Positions 31,551 to 37,332 of a stretch of DNA of 37,332 nt are shown in pieces (position 1 is the first letter of the stretch; each line of letters starts with the position of its first letter). Source of the stretch: Octopus bimaculoides (taxonomy: Eukaryota). The stretch lies in assembly GCF_001194135.2 (NCBI RefSeq), contig NC_068986.1:13192847-13230178 (forward strand). The letters run 5' to 3'. A program made the translations under genes and the position numbers. The notes under the pieces are model-generated. The model did no database searches. It was not told where the DNA came from and worked only from the letters and a program-made list of their open reading frames with translations.

Positions 31551-32865
31551 TTCATGACTGACCAAGCTACCAGTTATTGATTGCTTTATTTCATCTCAAT
31601 CCGTTTGATATTAAATCATAATTCTTTAATCAAACCTTTTTACAGTTTTCTCTTCAGTGTATTTTTTTTTGTTTGTTTGTTAGTGATTCAATGCAAATTA
31701 CATTTGATTGACAGTTTATAGCGTTTGTCCTTTCCGTAGTGTGCATCTTTATCAAATATCCTGCTGGATAGTTTAATACCCTAAATAAAACAAATACATC
31801 CCAAACTACCTCCATGCAATAATAGCCAATATGAATGTTGCTTGGTAGTTAAATTTCTCCAGTCATGCTTTACATTGTATAGAGAAAGAAAAATATAGAA
31901 AGACTTAAGTGCAGGATGAGTGCACATACTAGGCTTGGTGGCAGGCAATAAGTAAATGAATGCTGCACACACAGTGAGAAAGTCTGGGTATATAGAGAGA
32001 GTGAATACATATATACCCTCTTTCTTGATATAAATATCTGCTTACATTTTCTGTATTCTATTTCATACAGAAAATTTCCTTCTGGCTAAATTCCAAAGTA
32101 ATGAAAACATGAATTTTTTTTTTTTTTATATTTAGAAAGAAAATGGGAAGTAAAAGGCATCCATGTCCTGAATAAAACTACTACTACATCCAATCTACAA
32201 AAGCATGGAAAAGTAGACATTAAAACAATGAATTTTGTAGAAAAGTTCTTGCCCCTTTACCAATTTCCTCTTATTAATGAATGGCTTTATAAAATTAGAT
32301 TAAGGTTTTAAATATTTTAGGCAAAATAAGATTTAAGCATTTAGATTACTCAGTCAAATGTAATGCTTATTCACTTACGTCGTTTTAAATTAATAATATT
32401 AATCCTGTAGCTTCAAGATTAATGCATGTCTATTTTTAGGAAAACTGTCAGATAGTTGTGAAAGGCCTGATCTTGCTGGTTTGAATATAAAACAATATTT
32501 TCGCTAGATTTGGCTGATTTAAATACTAGAAGATTAAAGGAATGGTATATTATTATGTGACCTAATGTACCTGAAGGTTTTCTTTTAATATGCAAGCCAT
32601 TGTTTCAAATCCACTGTTCACCCTGCAAATAAAGATCAGTTTTCAGTTGGCAGAAATCAGCAAACCATTTGCTGAAATTATAAACAAGACAATTGGTTCT
32701 AGTTAAATCCTTCTGTCTTGGGTCTTCCACCTGAAGAGCTATGTCAAAACAACTGGTGTCCTAGAATACCTTGCACAAATCTCAAATGTGTCATAAACAC
32801 GGTCATTGTAATGGGGATCTGTCCTGGGACAAACAATGTTGTCCTGTGTGAATATGGCAGAACAT

Positions 32866-33079
32866 TAATCATTTCTGTTGTAGGCACAAGGCCTGAAATT
32901 TTGAGGGAGGAGCTGAAGAGCAGCTTAGGAGAGGGGATTCAGTCGATTACATTGACCCCAGTGTCCAACTGGTACTTAATTTATCGACCCCAAAAGGATG
33001 AAAGGTAAAGTTGACCTCGGCGGAATTTGAACTCAGAACGTAGCGACGGGTGAAATGCTGTTAAGCATTTCGTCCAGCC
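32866..33079 (-). mobile_element. SINE family B, head truncated
   Basis: Homologous to the other family B copies. Confidence 0.85.
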
Positions 33080-33717
33080 AAGATGTCTAGCAGTGGGATT
33101 GAACCAAATTCAGTTTAACAGGCAACTTTCCCACGTTTGCACAGATCAAAATCTGTTGAGGCAAATCCCCTTTTTGTCACCAGTTTTCACTCATTTCCAA
33201 GCAAGGTAATATTTCTTTAAGGCCACACATGCTTTTCATGAAATACTGTATGATGGTTGTAGCCAACAGTACAAGGCTACACACAAACAATGGACTTCTT
33301 TCAGTTTCCATCTACTAGATCCTTTTAATAAGTCTAGTTGGCCATGCAGTAGGACTGAACCCAAAGCCACATGTTGGGAAGCAAGCTTCTTAACCACACA
33401 AGAGGGTTGCAAAATTAATATTTAACCAGTAGGTCCTACCTACAGATAATACTTTTATCATTAAATGTAATTAATTATCTAATTTGATTAAGCTGTTTCG
33501 TTTTGAGTTCTAAGATAGCATTTTTAGCATAAATTAGTTGGATACATTTGGCAAACTTGTAACCATTATATTTTAATTATTCAGGGTGCAAGAGAAATTT
33601 CTAATACCTAGGTGGGTGGAGTTTTAGCAGAATCTTTTTTCTTACTCATTCAGTTTTTCAGATTATATAAAATCTCAATGAAACAAAAACTGTTGGACAT
33701 TAAAATTGAATATACAT

Positions 33718-33723
33718 TTTATT
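33718..33723 (-). terminator. Polyadenylation signal AATAAA for alpha-tubulin 2
   Basis: Canonical hexamer about 122 nt after the stop. Confidence 0.6.
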
Positions 33724-33845
33724 AGAACATCCAGATAAATATACAGTTGAAACATGAACAACAAAAATTAGTTTAACTATACAGTATAATTACAAAATAG
33801 CGTTCATAAAATATGTTCTGTTTTGGTTTATAATTTCTTTTAAAA

Positions 33846-35021
<1,176 letters not shown>

Positions 35022-35064
35022 TTAAATTTACACGAAAATGTTAACTTTTATAAAAAGGGCTTAA

Positions 35065-35200
35065 GTGTGCCTGTCTTCCCTTCCGCAGCACTTGGAGAAG
35101 TGTCCTCGATTACAGTCCTGGGCCATCCAAAACCTTGAGAGTGGATTTGGTGGACAAACTGAAAGAAGCTTGTCGTGTTTGTCTACATGTGTGCATGTTT
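35065..35200 (+). mobile_element. SINE family A fragment
   Basis: CCTTGAGAGTGGATTTGGTGGACAAACTGAAAGAAGC. Confidence 0.65.
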
Positions 35201-35419
35201 GCTATGACATTGCATGAGGTCACATGAAATGATTGAGTCATTGTCATACAAGTTGTGTCATTCATTTCCAATATGTCAGGCCACAGGAAAATACCTTATA
35301 TGGAAATGGATGAGGGCTGGCAAGAAGAAGGGTGCCTGGCTGTAGAAAATCTGCCTCAAACATAAACCAGTCCATGCAAACACGGAGAAGTGGATGTTAA
35401 AATGAAGTTGTGTCGATGC

Positions 35420-35690
35420 ATCTTTTACAGGTTGCATCTTTGGACTAAGACCATACTGGAGCACTGCTTTAAAGTGTTTAATTGAACAAATCACTACCAG
35501 TGATTACTTTTAAGTCAGGTACACATTCTATTGGTCTCTTGCCAAGCTGCTAAGTTATGGAGACAAACAAACCAACATTGAAGATAGGATCAGCTAGACA
35601 TGCACAGTAGATGCTTACCCAAGGTGCTGCACAGTGGGACTCCACCCAAAACCACATGGTTGCTAAGCAAGCTTCTTAAACATACATGAA
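35420..35690 (-). mobile_element. SINE family A, internally deleted
   Basis: Reverse-complement tail (CCATACTGGAGCACTGC) and head (AAGCAAGCTTCTTA) are both present. Confidence 0.7.
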
Positions 35691-37296
35691 CTTAGTATTT
35701 CGTAACCTAAGTACAATAGAACATCGCAGTATGAGTGCCCCATTGTAAGAGTAATTTGCTGTACAAGCCGAGACTCATGCAAATTTTTGTCTTGAAGCAC
35801 GAGTGGAAATCCTCAGTACGAGCACACAAATCATCTATCTTTAAGGTAATTCAGTTAATAAAACCAGTTTACGCATTTCTTTTGCATTCTCTTATTTATA
35901 ATTGTCATTTTACTTGTAACTACACCTTTTCTGTTTAAAAACCCATAAATAATTATTTTTGAGCGGTTTTGGGAGACTGGAATGAATTATATTTTAGTTA
36001 ATCTCAATGGGGGAAAATTGAGTTGTAAAAGAAGCAAATCGTAAGAGCTTGGTTGTGGAACAAATGAAACTCGTACTGCAAGGTATTATTGGAAGATTAT
36101 GTATTTTAAAATAGTCTTTCCACTCTTATGAAATTTATTAAAAAAAAAAAAAAAAAATTCATTTCTAGTAATGCCTTTGTCCAAATCCTGTACACTTCAA
36201 AAGAAAATCATGAGACTCATACATTATAAAATCTTAAGTTAAATGCCATTTCAAGAATTATTAAGGATTCAGTTTTCAAATCTAGAGAATACACAAAGTT
36301 TAAATTAGCTGTTAAATTATGTAACACCTAATAAGAATAACCATTTAAAGCAATCATTTCAAAAGGAAAGTTAATCTTATTTAAGAATTGTTTTCTAACA
36401 AGGAAACAGAATCAACCTCAGATGGGTACCCTAGGTAAGAGAATTACCTATCATAGCCTTGATTCTACCAATGTTTTTTTTTAAGGAATTAGGTAGACAA
36501 ACTGCACATCTTTAGTTCCAACTATCATGGCCAAATTACTATTTGTTTAGCCAACAAAAATAGCTGCCCCAAAGGCTATACAGTGAATCAGATTTGAAAC
36601 CTTAAGCTATTTCTTTATAAATTCATGATATAAAAACTAATTTTTAAAACATTCTAAATTTACAAGTTCTAAATGTCAAAAATTCTTAGGAAGCCCATAT
36701 TTTTCTAATGGAGCAGATGTGTAAATGACAATCAGCTGATAATTGAACTGCTGTATTTACAGAGTGGTCTTCCCCTTCAGACATTCACATGTTTTGTGCC
36801 AATGGCTCCAGTAAGAGTGATCAGGTGCCACAGCAGAGATTTAACAACTGCTATTAACTCATTACCTGTCTAATCTGTAGAGAATTTGAAAACTAAATAC
36901 TGCTGCTAGCAAAGCTAAAATTGTATAGGGTTCAATAATAAAGAGAAAAAAAAACGTAAATAACCCATGTTTTACGGGCTGCCAAAAATTTCAGCATCAA
37001 ACGCATTTTACAGTGATTCACATCCAGACAAATGAAGGAAACGGTAAAAACGTTAGCTACATGAAGTCGCTGACCAGCTGATCAACTTATCTAACACTAC
37101 ACCAATGTCCATATAAAATATACAGCAGTTTTTTCTGCTGCACAGTGTAGAAACTGCTGTGCCTTCTCAGTAGCCATTTTATATATCAGGTATGAATTTA
37201 AGTGTCAAGGGGGTCTGTTTGGAGCCTAATATCAAGAGGAGTTGGTCATCGCGACGCATTTTAGAGCGAATAGAAAAAAATGTTGGGATCAAATTT

Positions 37297-37332
37297 TAGC
37301 ACAAGGCCAGCAAGTTCGGGAAGTGGACAAGT
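37297..37332 (-). mobile_element. 3' end of a SINE family B copy at the window edge
   Basis: GCACAAGGCCAGCAAGTTCGGG is identical to the tail variant at about 23320. Confidence 0.6.

Overview
AT-rich, repeat-dense animal genomic DNA with six assembly gaps. The SINE families look like Octopus/cephalopod (inferred from recognition, not a database search). Three protein-coding genes are supported. (1) A two-coding-exon CCDC32 orthologue on + (3644-3797 and 5385-5698, 155 aa). (2) A complete three-exon alpha-tubulin on - (probable ATG-only exon at 28249-28251, exon 2 at 19277-19499, exon 3 at 13890-15016; 450 aa) with many unusual substitutions. (3) The last exon of a second, more canonical alpha-tubulin on - (33846-34975), whose 5' exons lie outside the window. 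The rest is tRNA-derived SINEs, MITEs, an internally deleted RTE element, microsatellites and one minisatellite. Most notable: a 270-nt block identical between the two tubulins against about 88% identity in the 3' part of exon 3; minimal Penelope-type hammerhead ribozyme motifs, one with an intact core (24177-24212) and others inside a tRNA-headed ~550-bp palindrome just past the tubulin 3' end; a perfect 126-bp zero-spacer palindrome in tubulin intron 1; and a young foldback element with a 9-bp TSD. All alignments and counts were done by eye.
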